A stretch of DNA of 64,000 nucleotides from IMG/VR virus record IMGVR_UViG_3300032323_002779, positions 9,241 through 73,240 of that record; one strand, written 5' to 3'. Source of the stretch: a virus. The position numbers and the translations under genes are program-made. A model generated the notes under the pieces. That model worked only from the letters and a program-made list of their open reading frames with translations. It searched no databases and was not told the origin of the DNA. Shown in pieces: positions 1 through 9,358 of this stretch (its first letter is position 1; every line of letters starts with the position of its first letter).

Positions 1-70
1 GGATTAAAGTATTGTGGACATTGTTTCCGCCAAGCCAATTTGGACTGCTGATGTCAAATGTTCCTTTCAT
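1..70 (-). CDS. 5' end of a divergently transcribed gene running off the window (MKGTFDISSPNWLGGNNVHNTLI...)
   Basis: ATG at 70 on the minus strand, open to the window edge, A-rich upstream context and its own promoter. Confidence 0.55.
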   Translation of the reverse strand, partial: MKGTFDISSPNWLGGNNVHNTLI

Positions 71-102
71 AATTTTTTAAATTAATTATTAATAATTAGA
101 CA

Positions 103-135
103 CAAATGTAATTAATAATTTTTTACATTTACAAA
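103..135 (-). promoter_or_regulatory. Bacteroidota sigma70 promoter (leftward)
   Basis: Minus strand TTTG(135-132)-N21-TACATTTG(110-103), matching the -33/-7 consensus. Confidence 0.6.
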
Positions 136-226
136 TTATTATCTCATTTATGCTTTAGTAATTAAAAAGTTACGAAAAAAAATCAAACTAACGACTATCC
201 TAAATTATTATTATTTAAGATAAGAT

Positions 227-257
227 TTTGATAATTCGTTTCGGTTTATTATATTTG
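227..257 (+). promoter_or_regulatory. Bacteroidota sigma70 promoter (rightward)
   Basis: TTTG(227-230)-N19-TATATTTG(250-257), 19 nt upstream of ATG 277. Confidence 0.75.
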
Positions 258-276
258 GCACTTAATCCTTAATGCA

Positions 277-1224
277 ATGAAAGACAGTCATATAGATTAT
301 TCAGATTACTACGAAAATGGTGGAAAAGTAGATACCAAAATACCTTTAAGAATTAGAAAAGAAATTTATGATGCGGACGGCGAAAGACGCATCGATGAAA
401 GAGCGATAGAGGTTTTAACAGACTACGCTGAAAATTTACCACAAACCAAAGACTTAAATACCAACTCAAGAACAGGAAGTTATTTTCCTGAAAGACAAAG
501 GCTTCATCGGAAAATTATGGATTCTTTTAAAAAGGATTTGGTTTGTATTGAAAATGACGAACCAATCGCTATTCTTATGGGAGGTTCTCCTGCGAGTGGA
601 AAAAGCACATTCTTGAGAAAATACGCCCCGTATTTGCTAAAAGAAGAAATTTTAAAAGTTGATGCTGACGAGATTAGAGCAAAACTTCCTGAATACAGAG
701 GTTGGAACGCAACCCAAACACATCAAGAAACCAAAGATATTGTTAATACACTTTTGAGTGATAGAACTATTGGAATTCCTTGTAAGTACGATGTTATTTA
801 TGATGGAACTATGAATAGCACCAAGAGTTATTATCCGCTAATTGCCCTATTGAAAAAATTAGGGTACAAAATCTTTATCGTTTATATCGATAAGGTTGAA
901 GAAGAAGTTATTAAAAAACGTGCTTTAGAAAGGTACAAAAAGAGTGGTCGCTTCGTCCCTATGGCGGTAATAGATGATTTCTTTACAAGGGGCAAAAGCG
1001 CACTTAACGAACTAAAAGACAAAGCGGACGGTTATATGATTGTTGACGGGTCAGGCGGAGATTACAAAGTAATTGAGCGTGGGGGAATGAGATTGCCTAA
1101 ACGCCGTGCTTACTCGAAATTGGGAGTTCCTATTGCGCAGTTAGAGAAAGAAAGTAAAATGGAAAGTGGTGGGGCTACTGAAAGCAGAACGCCTGACTAT
1201 TTAAGAATGTTTTTGGGGAAATAA
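277..1224 (+). CDS. Zeta-toxin-family P-loop kinase with C-terminal PDYLRMFLGK tag
   Basis: GGSPASGKST Walker A, VDADEIR, YDGT and R..KSGRFVP motifs; bracketed by YYENGG and KMESGG. Confidence 0.75.
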   Translation: MKDSHIDYSDYYENGGKVDTKIPLRIRKEIYDADGERRIDERAIEVLTDYAENLPQTKDLNTNSRTGSYFPERQRLHRKIMDSFKKDLVCIENDEPIAILMGGSPASGKSTFLRKYAPYLLKEEILKVDADEIRAKLPEYRGWNATQTHQETKDIVNTLLSDRTIGIPCKYDVIYDGTMNSTKSYYPLIALLKKLGYKIFIVYIDKVEEEVIKKRALERYKKSGRFVPMAVIDDFFTRGKSALNELKDKADGYMIVDGSGGDYKVIERGGMRLPKRRAYSKLGVPIAQLEKESKMESGGATESRTPDYLRMFLGK

Positions 1225-1225
1225 A

Positions 1226-2122
1226 ATGAAAAACTTCGCCTTTATATTGGTAATAGAAAACATAAAAAACCCAAACTTAATTTCAAGTGATGGGGTTAAA
1301 AACAAGTATAAAGGTGCTTACAAAAAGATTTTTGATATTTTAAATGAAGATTTTGTATTTGTTGAATTTGAAAGCGAAGACGAAGAGTTGATTGGAAACG
1401 ATTTTTACTTGTATTTCAATCTCACTCCTGATTTAGAAAAATTACAACGAATAAGTAAAATTCCAAATGTGAAAATAATTAGTCAAAGATATGGGTTAGG
1501 CGGAAGAACGATAGCCCAAACTCCTGCTCCCAAGAAAGACCGTGTTTATGGAAGCGATTTGAACAAGAGTGATTCGTCAAAAGATTTGTCAAGCGCAAAA
1601 CTAATCAAGTTTGACGAAAAGACGCTTGAGGCTATTAAAAATAAGGTTCGGGAGCATAATGAGGAACACCCTGATAAGAAAATAAACTTGTCAAGTGCTA
1701 AAGCGGTTGTTCGTAGAGGAATGGGGGCTTATTCTAAATCCCACAGACCGACTATCAAGGGCGGTAAACCGAACAGTAGAGTTGCTTGGGGATTAGCAAG
1801 ATTAAACGCCTTTACATACAAAATTGTGAACGGCAAAAGTAAGTCGGGAAAATATAACCAAGACGATGATTTGATTGAGGAATTAGGTTTTAAAGTTGCT
1901 AATTATAAAAACGGCGGAGAAATGAAAAAAGACATACGTTGTATCAACTGCGGTTGGGAATGGAATAAAAAGGATTCCGAGTTATGGGATATGTATGTTT
2001 GTCACAAGTGCGGTTTTGACAACACAACTTTCTATACTTCTATTCCTGTTAATAATTATAGCAAGGGAGGTAAAGTAGAATCGAAAAACCCTGACTATTT
2101 AAGAATGTTTTTAGGAAAATAA
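1226..2122 (+). CDS. Modular hypothetical protein (RGMGAY..SHRP..WGLARLNAF module, CxxC...CxxC zinc ribbon) with PDYLRMFLGK tag
   Basis: ORF; modules separated by YGLGG, YKNGG and YSKGG. Confidence 0.7.
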   Translation: MKNFAFILVIENIKNPNLISSDGVKNKYKGAYKKIFDILNEDFVFVEFESEDEELIGNDFYLYFNLTPDLEKLQRISKIPNVKIISQRYGLGGRTIAQTPAPKKDRVYGSDLNKSDSSKDLSSAKLIKFDEKTLEAIKNKVREHNEEHPDKKINLSSAKAVVRRGMGAYSKSHRPTIKGGKPNSRVAWGLARLNAFTYKIVNGKSKSGKYNQDDDLIEELGFKVANYKNGGEMKKDIRCINCGWEWNKKDSELWDMYVCHKCGFDNTTFYTSIPVNNYSKGGKVESKNPDYLRMFLGK

Positions 2123-2126
2123 AGAT

Positions 2127-3119
2127 ATGAGCAACAAGTTATTAGCACCTAACGGCAAACCAACCAACCTAAATGCTATGCAGTACGAATTAGTTCGTAC
2201 CCCTGCGTTTAAAAAGTGGTTTGGGGATTGGGAAAACGACCCTGCTAATGCGAGTAAAGTTGTTGATGAAAATGGAGAGCCTTTGGTTGTTTATCACGGA
2301 ACTAATAGCGATTTTACAAAATTCAGTTTAGAAAGAGTTGGTTCAAATGTTGATTACGGAATGTGGGGAAGTGGATTTTACTTTTCTCCCTTGAGGTCAT
2401 TTAGCAAATATTACGGAAGTAAGATTTTAAAATTATTTTTGAATATTAGAAATCCGTTTGTTAGGAATCCAAATATTCAAGGAAGTACTGTTCAATTCAA
2501 GCCTGTATATGGTAAAGAAGCATCTCTTAATTTAAGAAATCAAATATTATCATATAACTATGATGGTGTTTTTCAATACGAATCGGGTCAAAAAAATCCG
2601 CTTATTCAAATTGTTGCGTTTCAGCCAAACCAAATAAAACTTGCTGACGGAACTAATAGGTTGTTTGATGCTAATTCAGACGACATTAGATTTGTAAAAG
2701 GAGGAAAAGTTAAAGGGGATTGTTATTTAGTTGCAGGTCAAATTGCAATGGAAATAAGAAGTAAAAAAATTGACTACAAAGGAACGCCTTATTTGGTTCA
2801 CGCAGAAGTTAAGCATAGTACTTTAGACGGAGTTCGTTTTGGACACGCTTTTATTGAGGACGATGAAAACGTTTATGATTTTTCAAACAACAGAGAAATT
2901 ATAATGCCAAAGCAATTATACTACTATTTTGGGGACATAAACCCAAAAGACAAAAAGAAGTATAGAAAATATACTTTCAAACAGGCAAGAGAAAAAATGT
3001 TAAGTACAGGCAATTATGGTTGTTGGGATATAGATGTTGAGTTTAATAGCGGAGGGGAAATAGTTAAGTCGTACAAAATGGAAATCCCCGATTATTTAAA
3101 AATGTTTTTAGGATTTTAG
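2127..3119 (+). CDS. ART-PolyVal-like ADP-ribosyltransferase domain plus Cys-His-Asp (transglutaminase/papain-like) domain, with PDYLKMFLGF tag
   Basis: FKKWFGDW..SKVVDENGEPLVVYHGT..GFYFS..YDG..F.PNQIK; then GDCY..GHAFIE..VYD after FVKGG. Confidence 0.7.
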   Translation: MSNKLLAPNGKPTNLNAMQYELVRTPAFKKWFGDWENDPANASKVVDENGEPLVVYHGTNSDFTKFSLERVGSNVDYGMWGSGFYFSPLRSFSKYYGSKILKLFLNIRNPFVRNPNIQGSTVQFKPVYGKEASLNLRNQILSYNYDGVFQYESGQKNPLIQIVAFQPNQIKLADGTNRLFDANSDDIRFVKGGKVKGDCYLVAGQIAMEIRSKKIDYKGTPYLVHAEVKHSTLDGVRFGHAFIEDDENVYDFSNNREIIMPKQLYYYFGDINPKDKKKYRKYTFKQAREKMLSTGNYGCWDIDVEFNSGGEIVKSYKMEIPDYLKMFLGF

Positions 3120-3122
3120 GTT

Positions 3123-3674
3123 ATGGAAAATTTAGAAATTTGGAAAGACATATCCGAATATGAGGGACGCTATCAAGTATCTAATATTGGTAGAGTAAAG
3201 TCTGTTGCAAGAATAGTTGAAAGTAGAAAAGGTGTTTTCGGTAATAAAAAAGAGATTGTTTTAAAGCCAACTAAAACTAAAAAAGGATATTTAAGAATTA
3301 AACTATGTAAAGTTTTTTGCGAAAAATCTATTGAGAATAATTTTTACATACATACTTTAGTTGCTAAATCATTTTTAGAAAACCCTTTAAAAAAACCTCA
3401 AGTTAATCACATTAACGGAGTTAAAGACGATAATAGAATTGAGAATTTGGAGTGGGTTACGGGTTCTGAAAATGTAATACATTCTCTTAATAATAATTTA
3501 AAAATACCACAGAAAGGTTCTGAACACGGAATGTCAAAACTTACGGAAAAGGAGGTTTTAGAAATAAGAGCAATAGGGAGGTCAAAAACATTAAAAGAAG
3601 TTTCTTTAAAATACAATGTTGACCAATCTTTGATTAGTTCAATCTTGTTAAATAAAATTTGGAATCACGTTTAA
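3123..3674 (+). CDS. NUMOD4-HNH homing endonuclease with C-terminal HTH
   Basis: EIWKDI..YEGRYQVSNIGRVKS (NUMOD4); VNHINGVKDDNRIENLEWVT..EN (HNH). Confidence 0.9.
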   Translation: MENLEIWKDISEYEGRYQVSNIGRVKSVARIVESRKGVFGNKKEIVLKPTKTKKGYLRIKLCKVFCEKSIENNFYIHTLVAKSFLENPLKKPQVNHINGVKDDNRIENLEWVTGSENVIHSLNNNLKIPQKGSEHGMSKLTEKEVLEIRAIGRSKTLKEVSLKYNVDQSLISSILLNKIWNHV

Positions 3675-3688
3675 AAAAACAATTTAAA

Positions 3689-6600
3689 ATGCGAAAAGGC
3701 AAAATAAAATTAACTCAAAAAGAAGCAGAAAACACACCCGCAGGAGGTGTTGTTGTTGGTAAAAGAGATGGTCAAACAATGATTTATGATGACGCTTCTC
3801 TTGGAGGGTATTTTGTAGGTAAACTACATCGTGACGGGGGTATCAAAATGATTAATAAATCAACGGGACAACCTTTGGAAGTTCAAGGTTCGGAGGTCAT
3901 TATTACCGCTCCTGCCGTAAACGACCCTACTAAAAAAGAGTTTGAGGGCAAGATGATGACTAATCGTGAAATACTTTCTAAAATTAATTCGGACGGTGGT
4001 GGCGTGTCTTTTGCGGACGGAGGCGATATTCCCGCTAAAATCCATACAACTGATTGCGAATACAAATTTGGCGGAAAGTTGGTTAAAGACACCGACATAG
4101 CGCACTCTTTAGGTATGAACTCTACCTTGAAAAAAGGAAAACAACAATTTTCTTCAGGAGATACAACTTATGACGTAGATGGTATTTATAATGCTATTAA
4201 AAAGGGCAAACTTCGCTTAAAAACTAAAGAGATTGAAACTTTCCCGATGAAGTACCCTGTGTATGACAAAAATTACGCAGAAAACCACAAAATTGATTTC
4301 AGAAAACCAAACGGGATTACTGTTCGCACAGAAAGTGGCGAAGAGGTTTTGATTGACGGTAATCATAGAATGAATGATGCCTACCTAAAGGGCAGAAAAA
4401 CTATGAAAACTTATTACATCGAAGACCCAAAACAAATAGCCAAGTTTGCCAAAAAGAACAAATTTGAGTTAGGCGGGGAAAATAAAGTTGGCGGTCATTT
4501 ATCAAAAAACAAATCATTGAAGCAAATTGCTGAAATGCACAATGTTTCTTTGGCTCACATTAACGAAGAACTTGCGAAAGGTTTGGAGGTAGAGAAAGAA
4601 CATTTTTCTGATTTTAAAGAGCGCACAAGGGTTGCTAAAGACCATTTAGTAGAAAACCCTAACTATTACACTATTCTTGCTAAAGCAGGGCTTAAAATGG
4701 GTGGACGTGTTCAAAGACAAGAGTTGGTTGAGAAATCGAAAAAAGGCGATACCCCTGCAAGAGATTTGAATAATTACAATGACATTATGGATTTAGAAGC
4801 AGACGGAGCGGTAGGTGGAGATAGTGGTTTGGCTTTTGCTGATGGTGGACAGGTATCTGATTTGAAAATAGGAGATGTTCTTGAAATAGATTCAAATAGC
4901 AAGTATAGCGGACTGTCGTTGTATGTGCCGAGTGAAAACAACACTTATTTTTTTAACAACGGAACTCAATTAAAATTAGTTAAGTTAAATAGCGGGGGAG
5001 ATGAAGATTATAAGTCTTTTAGTTTAGAACAAGCGGGAGAAAAAATAATTGTTTCAATCGCAAACATAAGTTTGCAAAAAATGATTAATGAAAAATCCTT
5101 AAAAAAGGTTTCTTTTGCTGATGGCGGAATAACGCCGTATGATGCTAATGAAGAGGGGGATTCAGTTGATATTGTTGAAGACGAATTCGCAAAAGGCGGG
5201 GTGGTTTATGATACCACAAAACCAAAAATTGAAAAAGTAACTATAAAAGAAACAAGGTTTGATGCGAGTTCTCCTGTTTATTCAGGTAGCCGACAAAACA
5301 TCGTAGGTAAAATTGCTAACAATGTTTCTGAATTGCAACAAATTGTTTCTGACTACATAGGTTCAAGTCCTAAAGAAGAATACGATTGGATTAGTTTTTA
5401 TGTGAATGATGCCTCAAGAGGTAAATATTATGTAGATTTAAACAAAGACAAGAAAAACACGGTAAAAAATGTAAACCCCGAAACGCTTAATTCTGTAAAC
5501 TTTAAAAGAGTAATAGATGCTAAAGATTATTTAGTGAAAAACTACGATTGGACTGACTTTTTTGAGGGCGCAAGTAATATACCTGCTCGTAGAGGCAAAA
5601 CTGTTGAAGGAGTTAACGTGGTTTACTTTGATGTTGACGGAAAAACACGTCTAATTCAAGATGTCAGAAATCCATTTCAACTTTATAATTTTTTAAAGAA
5701 GTTATATAATGACGGTAGTCGTTATGTAGAATTACAACCAAGCGGTTATGGAATTGTTAAACAATTCCCTAAAATTATTCCAATCACTAATTCTGCTTGG
5801 CAAGACATACTTTTTGTAAAACCTGAAAAAGAGGCGGTTGAAGCAATTATGAACACACTTGCTTTTGCTCTTTTCCCTAAATTAGATTTTTCTAAATTTA
5901 ATAATAGGTCTAATATCCCTGCTTCAACTTCTGCTTACAAAGCAGACAAAGAGGTTCAGTCAGTTTTGATTAAATACGGAAAAGGCAACGAATATACCGC
6001 ATTGAACGGGGAATCTCTTTTATCTATGATGCAAGATATTTGGAACTCAAATGGCAAAACAGTAAGAACGATTCAGATACAACCTAAAGGCAGGATAGCG
6101 CAGTTGTCTGTTTTAAAAATAATTGACTTGGTTGAAAAACCTTTTAATATTGAGTATGAAATTAATCCTGATAAAATTACACTTAATGAATTAAGAGATA
6201 AATTATCAAAAGGAGAAGAATGGTACAATGACTTGGATTGGACGAGTTTCTTTAAAGAAAACACTCCTGCCTCTTCAACTTCTGTTTCATCTCCAAAAAA
6301 AGAAAATGTTGTTCAATCAGTAAGGTTAAATTTTGAAAAACAAGACGGAACGCCATATAATAAGATAACGGCAAATTCGGGCAGAGAACTCTTTAAAGAA
6401 CTTGAATATGCTGAAAATAATTGGTTGACTGCTGAAGATGATTTTTTCAGATTTCAGTTCATTGCTTATTATACGGATAGTAATGGCATTGGTAAATCTA
6501 TGTCCGAACAATTTAATTTTGGAGATAAATTTTTTCTTCCAAGTAATTGGTCTTACGACAGTTTTAGAAGATTAGTCTATTATGATTGGTTTGGTAATAA

Positions 6601-9352
6601 GTTAGATTTTAGCGAGTTTTTCCATAAAACATACATTGCTTCGAGCGAAAGAGAAGTTAGCAAAGTTACGTTGACTTACGATACAGGTGTTTTACTTAAA
6701 GAAATTTGCTATAACGGGTCTGAATTGTTTGAGGCTTACAAATTAATTGAAGAAATGGCAGAGGGCGGTTCTTTGGAGGTTAATGTTACTTTAAGCGGAA
6801 AAGATAAAAGCGGACAATTTTTTGAAACTCAAGGTACTCCTCAAGAAGTTGGTCAGGGAGGTTTTGAGCCAAGTCAAATTTATTCTTTTGAGGAATTTGA
6901 AAAATATTTTAAAAGTTTGTATAGGCGGTTTGATTTTAATAATTTCTTTAGCGGAATTACAGTTCCCAATAGTAGTGGAAATTCTGCTCAATCAACCGTA
7001 AATAGTTCGCCAATAGCAAATGCCAATAAAATATTAGGTCAAGACTTATATAACTCTAAAATTTGGATTGGAAATGATTTAAAATTAAGAGATAAGGTTT
7101 TTGAAAAACTTGTGGATTTAGGATTTGTAATTGACCGCCAATATGACGGGGATTTTGACGTGGTTGTAACTATTGACGATTACAATTTCTATGTAAGTCA
7201 AGTTTCAAGAGAGGATTTTGAAAAAAACAAATTGTTAAAAGAAATATTTCCGTCAGATTTAGGGATTGATGTTCCTGCTTCTGCTAAAGGCAAACCAATA
7301 GTTGAAAAGTTATACACCGCTAATGGAGATGTTTTTTCTAATATCGAACAGGTTAGATATTTCCTCGATAACAGAACTGCTTTTGTTGATAAAGTGTTCT
7401 TTAACGTAAATTCTTTAAATAGTCAAGATGTTTTTAGGGTTGAACTAAACGATGTAAATAGTGATTATTACTATAACAAAAGTGCAGGTTTAGAGCCTAA
7501 ATATAGAAAACTGCAAGATATATTTGAGTTGAATCCTGCTTTTAAAAATTATGATTGGGAGGAATTCTTTTCGTTTTTTTCAAATACACAAACGCCTACA
7601 ACGTCAAGTAATCCTAATAACATAGAACCTTATGATGCTTACCGAATTACTCTTATTTGGAAAGATAATTCAGGAAAGGAAATTATAGACTCTATGGATA
7701 TTTTTAATGGAGTTAGTGGAGCATTTTTCATATCTCGATTAAAAGAAATAGAAGAGCAGTCACAAGGTAAAGATGTAGAGGTTATAATAAGAGCATTTGC
7801 TAATGATGACGAGGGCAATCAATTTGAAAAAAATGATTATTTTACTATTGGAGAAATTTGGTTTAAGCCAAGCACAAGAACAAATGAGGAAATAAAATCA
7901 GTTGTTGAAGAATGGATTGACGGAGTTAATTTTGACAAGTATTTTGCAGATGTGATTCCTTTAAGCGGAAGCCAATCATCTGCTACTCAATACAAGCCTA
8001 TCGACTTATCTCAAACTAAAATTTGGATTGGAGATAATAGAGATGTTAGCAAACAGATACAGGAAAGAGTGTTTGAACTTGGTTGGTCTTGGAAAAATTT
8101 AGCATTGCCTACAAGTCCAAATTATATGTTTCAACCTGCTCTTTATTTTCATAGCGACAAAGACATAAGTTACGGAGATGATAAGCAGTTGTTTGATAGC
8201 AATAAAGATTTCAAGGAAATTACTTTAGAAGACTTGTTTGCTAAAATCGAACCTGCACAAATCACACAAACGCCTACTGTAAGTGGTGTGTCAGGCTCGG
8301 TTAAGGAAATTAACAATTTGAAAGAAGCCGTTGATGTTTTAGAGGGAATCGCTTCACAAGCATCTCAAAAATACAATACCAAAAAATATGAGGAAAGTTT
8401 AGAGTTGTTAAAACAAGTAAAAGAGGAATACGCACTTGCTTTAAGTTTTACTCCTGAAAGTTCATTTATGTATGAGCGAATTGAGTTGATGAAGAAAATA
8501 ACCGAAATCCAAAAGGAAATCACAAGGATTACCGAGTTGAAAAACGGCGGAGCGTACTATATTTTGTCCAAAGTAATTGAAAGATTGAACAGAGGGGAAA
8601 ATTGGAAAGAACTTGGAAACGGCGAGATAATGGTTAATGAAGTTCCTCAACAAGAAATCGATACGGTTATTTATACCGAAAAATTCAAAAATTGGTTTGG
8701 AGATTGGGAACAAGCATTAATTACAAAAGAGTATGATTATGTGAGTAAAGCATTAACCGAAAGTGGAAAGCCTTGTGTGATGTATCACGGAGCGAAACGT
8801 ATTAAATTCTCTTATCGACAAGTTAGCAACGGGGTTGTTTATTTGGCTGAAAACAGAAGTTATGCGGAATGGTTTAGCGCAAATGAAAGTCCTTATCAAA
8901 AGCAGGGGGATTATTTAACGCAATGTTTCGTAAATCTTAAAAATCCGATTGATTTAACTCCTTTTGGGGTAGAGGAAGTTGATTTAAGAGATATTATACA
9001 ATACATTGATGCTTTATACCCACTTGCTAAAATCTATGATGTGTTGCCTCCAAATACGGCTATGGCAATTATGAATAATCAGTTGATTGGAAGAAACTTT
9101 AGGGCTTGGTACATAATTAGACAATTCCCTGAATTAAACAAGCACATAAGAGATAATACAACTTATGATGGATTTATTTATTATGAGAACAACCCAAGCG
9201 ATATGATTAGGACTGAATCAGGGGAGTTTGTAGAGAACGTAACCAAAGCAACTGCCGTGTTTAATTCAAACCAAGTAAAATTGGTAGATGCGATGTTGTT
9301 TGACAGTTCTTTAGACGATTGGAGATTTGAAACAGGAGGAAAAGTAAATTAA
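3689..9352 (+). CDS. Large polyvalent protein (~1887 aa): ParB-like, DUF5661-like, internal repeats and C-terminal ART-PolyVal-like domain
   Basis: ATG 3689 preferred over TTG 3659; LIDGNHR; GLEVEKEH..AKDHLVENPNYY; FKNWFGDW..MYHG; about 9 GG motifs. Confidence 0.75.
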   Translation: MRKGKIKLTQKEAENTPAGGVVVGKRDGQTMIYDDASLGGYFVGKLHRDGGIKMINKSTGQPLEVQGSEVIITAPAVNDPTKKEFEGKMMTNREILSKINSDGGGVSFADGGDIPAKIHTTDCEYKFGGKLVKDTDIAHSLGMNSTLKKGKQQFSSGDTTYDVDGIYNAIKKGKLRLKTKEIETFPMKYPVYDKNYAENHKIDFRKPNGITVRTESGEEVLIDGNHRMNDAYLKGRKTMKTYYIEDPKQIAKFAKKNKFELGGENKVGGHLSKNKSLKQIAEMHNVSLAHINEELAKGLEVEKEHFSDFKERTRVAKDHLVENPNYYTILAKAGLKMGGRVQRQELVEKSKKGDTPARDLNNYNDIMDLEADGAVGGDSGLAFADGGQVSDLKIGDVLEIDSNSKYSGLSLYVPSENNTYFFNNGTQLKLVKLNSGGDEDYKSFSLEQAGEKIIVSIANISLQKMINEKSLKKVSFADGGITPYDANEEGDSVDIVEDEFAKGGVVYDTTKPKIEKVTIKETRFDASSPVYSGSRQNIVGKIANNVSELQQIVSDYIGSSPKEEYDWISFYVNDASRGKYYVDLNKDKKNTVKNVNPETLNSVNFKRVIDAKDYLVKNYDWTDFFEGASNIPARRGKTVEGVNVVYFDVDGKTRLIQDVRNPFQLYNFLKKLYNDGSRYVELQPSGYGIVKQFPKIIPITNSAWQDILFVKPEKEAVEAIMNTLAFALFPKLDFSKFNNRSNIPASTSAYKADKEVQSVLIKYGKGNEYTALNGESLLSMMQDIWNSNGKTVRTIQIQPKGRIAQLSVLKIIDLVEKPFNIEYEINPDKITLNELRDKLSKGEEWYNDLDWTSFFKENTPASSTSVSSPKKENVVQSVRLNFEKQDGTPYNKITANSGRELFKELEYAENNWLTAEDDFFRFQFIAYYTDSNGIGKSMSEQFNFGDKFFLPSNWSYDSFRRLVYYDWFGNKLDFSEFFHKTYIASSEREVSKVTLTYDTGVLLKEICYNGSELFEAYKLIEEMAEGGSLEVNVTLSGKDKSGQFFETQGTPQEVGQGGFEPSQIYSFEEFEKYFKSLYRRFDFNNFFSGITVPNSSGNSAQSTVNSSPIANANKILGQDLYNSKIWIGNDLKLRDKVFEKLVDLGFVIDRQYDGDFDVVVTIDDYNFYVSQVSREDFEKNKLLKEIFPSDLGIDVPASAKGKPIVEKLYTANGDVFSNIEQVRYFLDNRTAFVDKVFFNVNSLNSQDVFRVELNDVNSDYYYNKSAGLEPKYRKLQDIFELNPAFKNYDWEEFFSFFSNTQTPTTSSNPNNIEPYDAYRITLIWKDNSGKEIIDSMDIFNGVSGAFFISRLKEIEEQSQGKDVEVIIRAFANDDEGNQFEKNDYFTIGEIWFKPSTRTNEEIKSVVEEWIDGVNFDKYFADVIPLSGSQSSATQYKPIDLSQTKIWIGDNRDVSKQIQERVFELGWSWKNLALPTSPNYMFQPALYFHSDKDISYGDDKQLFDSNKDFKEITLEDLFAKIEPAQITQTPTVSGVSGSVKEINNLKEAVDVLEGIASQASQKYNTKKYEESLELLKQVKEEYALALSFTPESSFMYERIELMKKITEIQKEITRITELKNGGAYYILSKVIERLNRGENWKELGNGEIMVNEVPQQEIDTVIYTEKFKNWFGDWEQALITKEYDYVSKALTESGKPCVMYHGAKRIKFSYRQVSNGVVYLAENRSYAEWFSANESPYQKQGDYLTQCFVNLKNPIDLTPFGVEEVDLRDIIQYIDALYPLAKIYDVLPPNTAMAIMNNQLIGRNFRAWYIIRQFPELNKHIRDNTTYDGFIYYENNPSDMIRTESGEFVENVTKATAVFNSNQVKLVDAMLFDSSLDDWRFETGGKVN

Positions 9353-9358
9353 AAAAAA

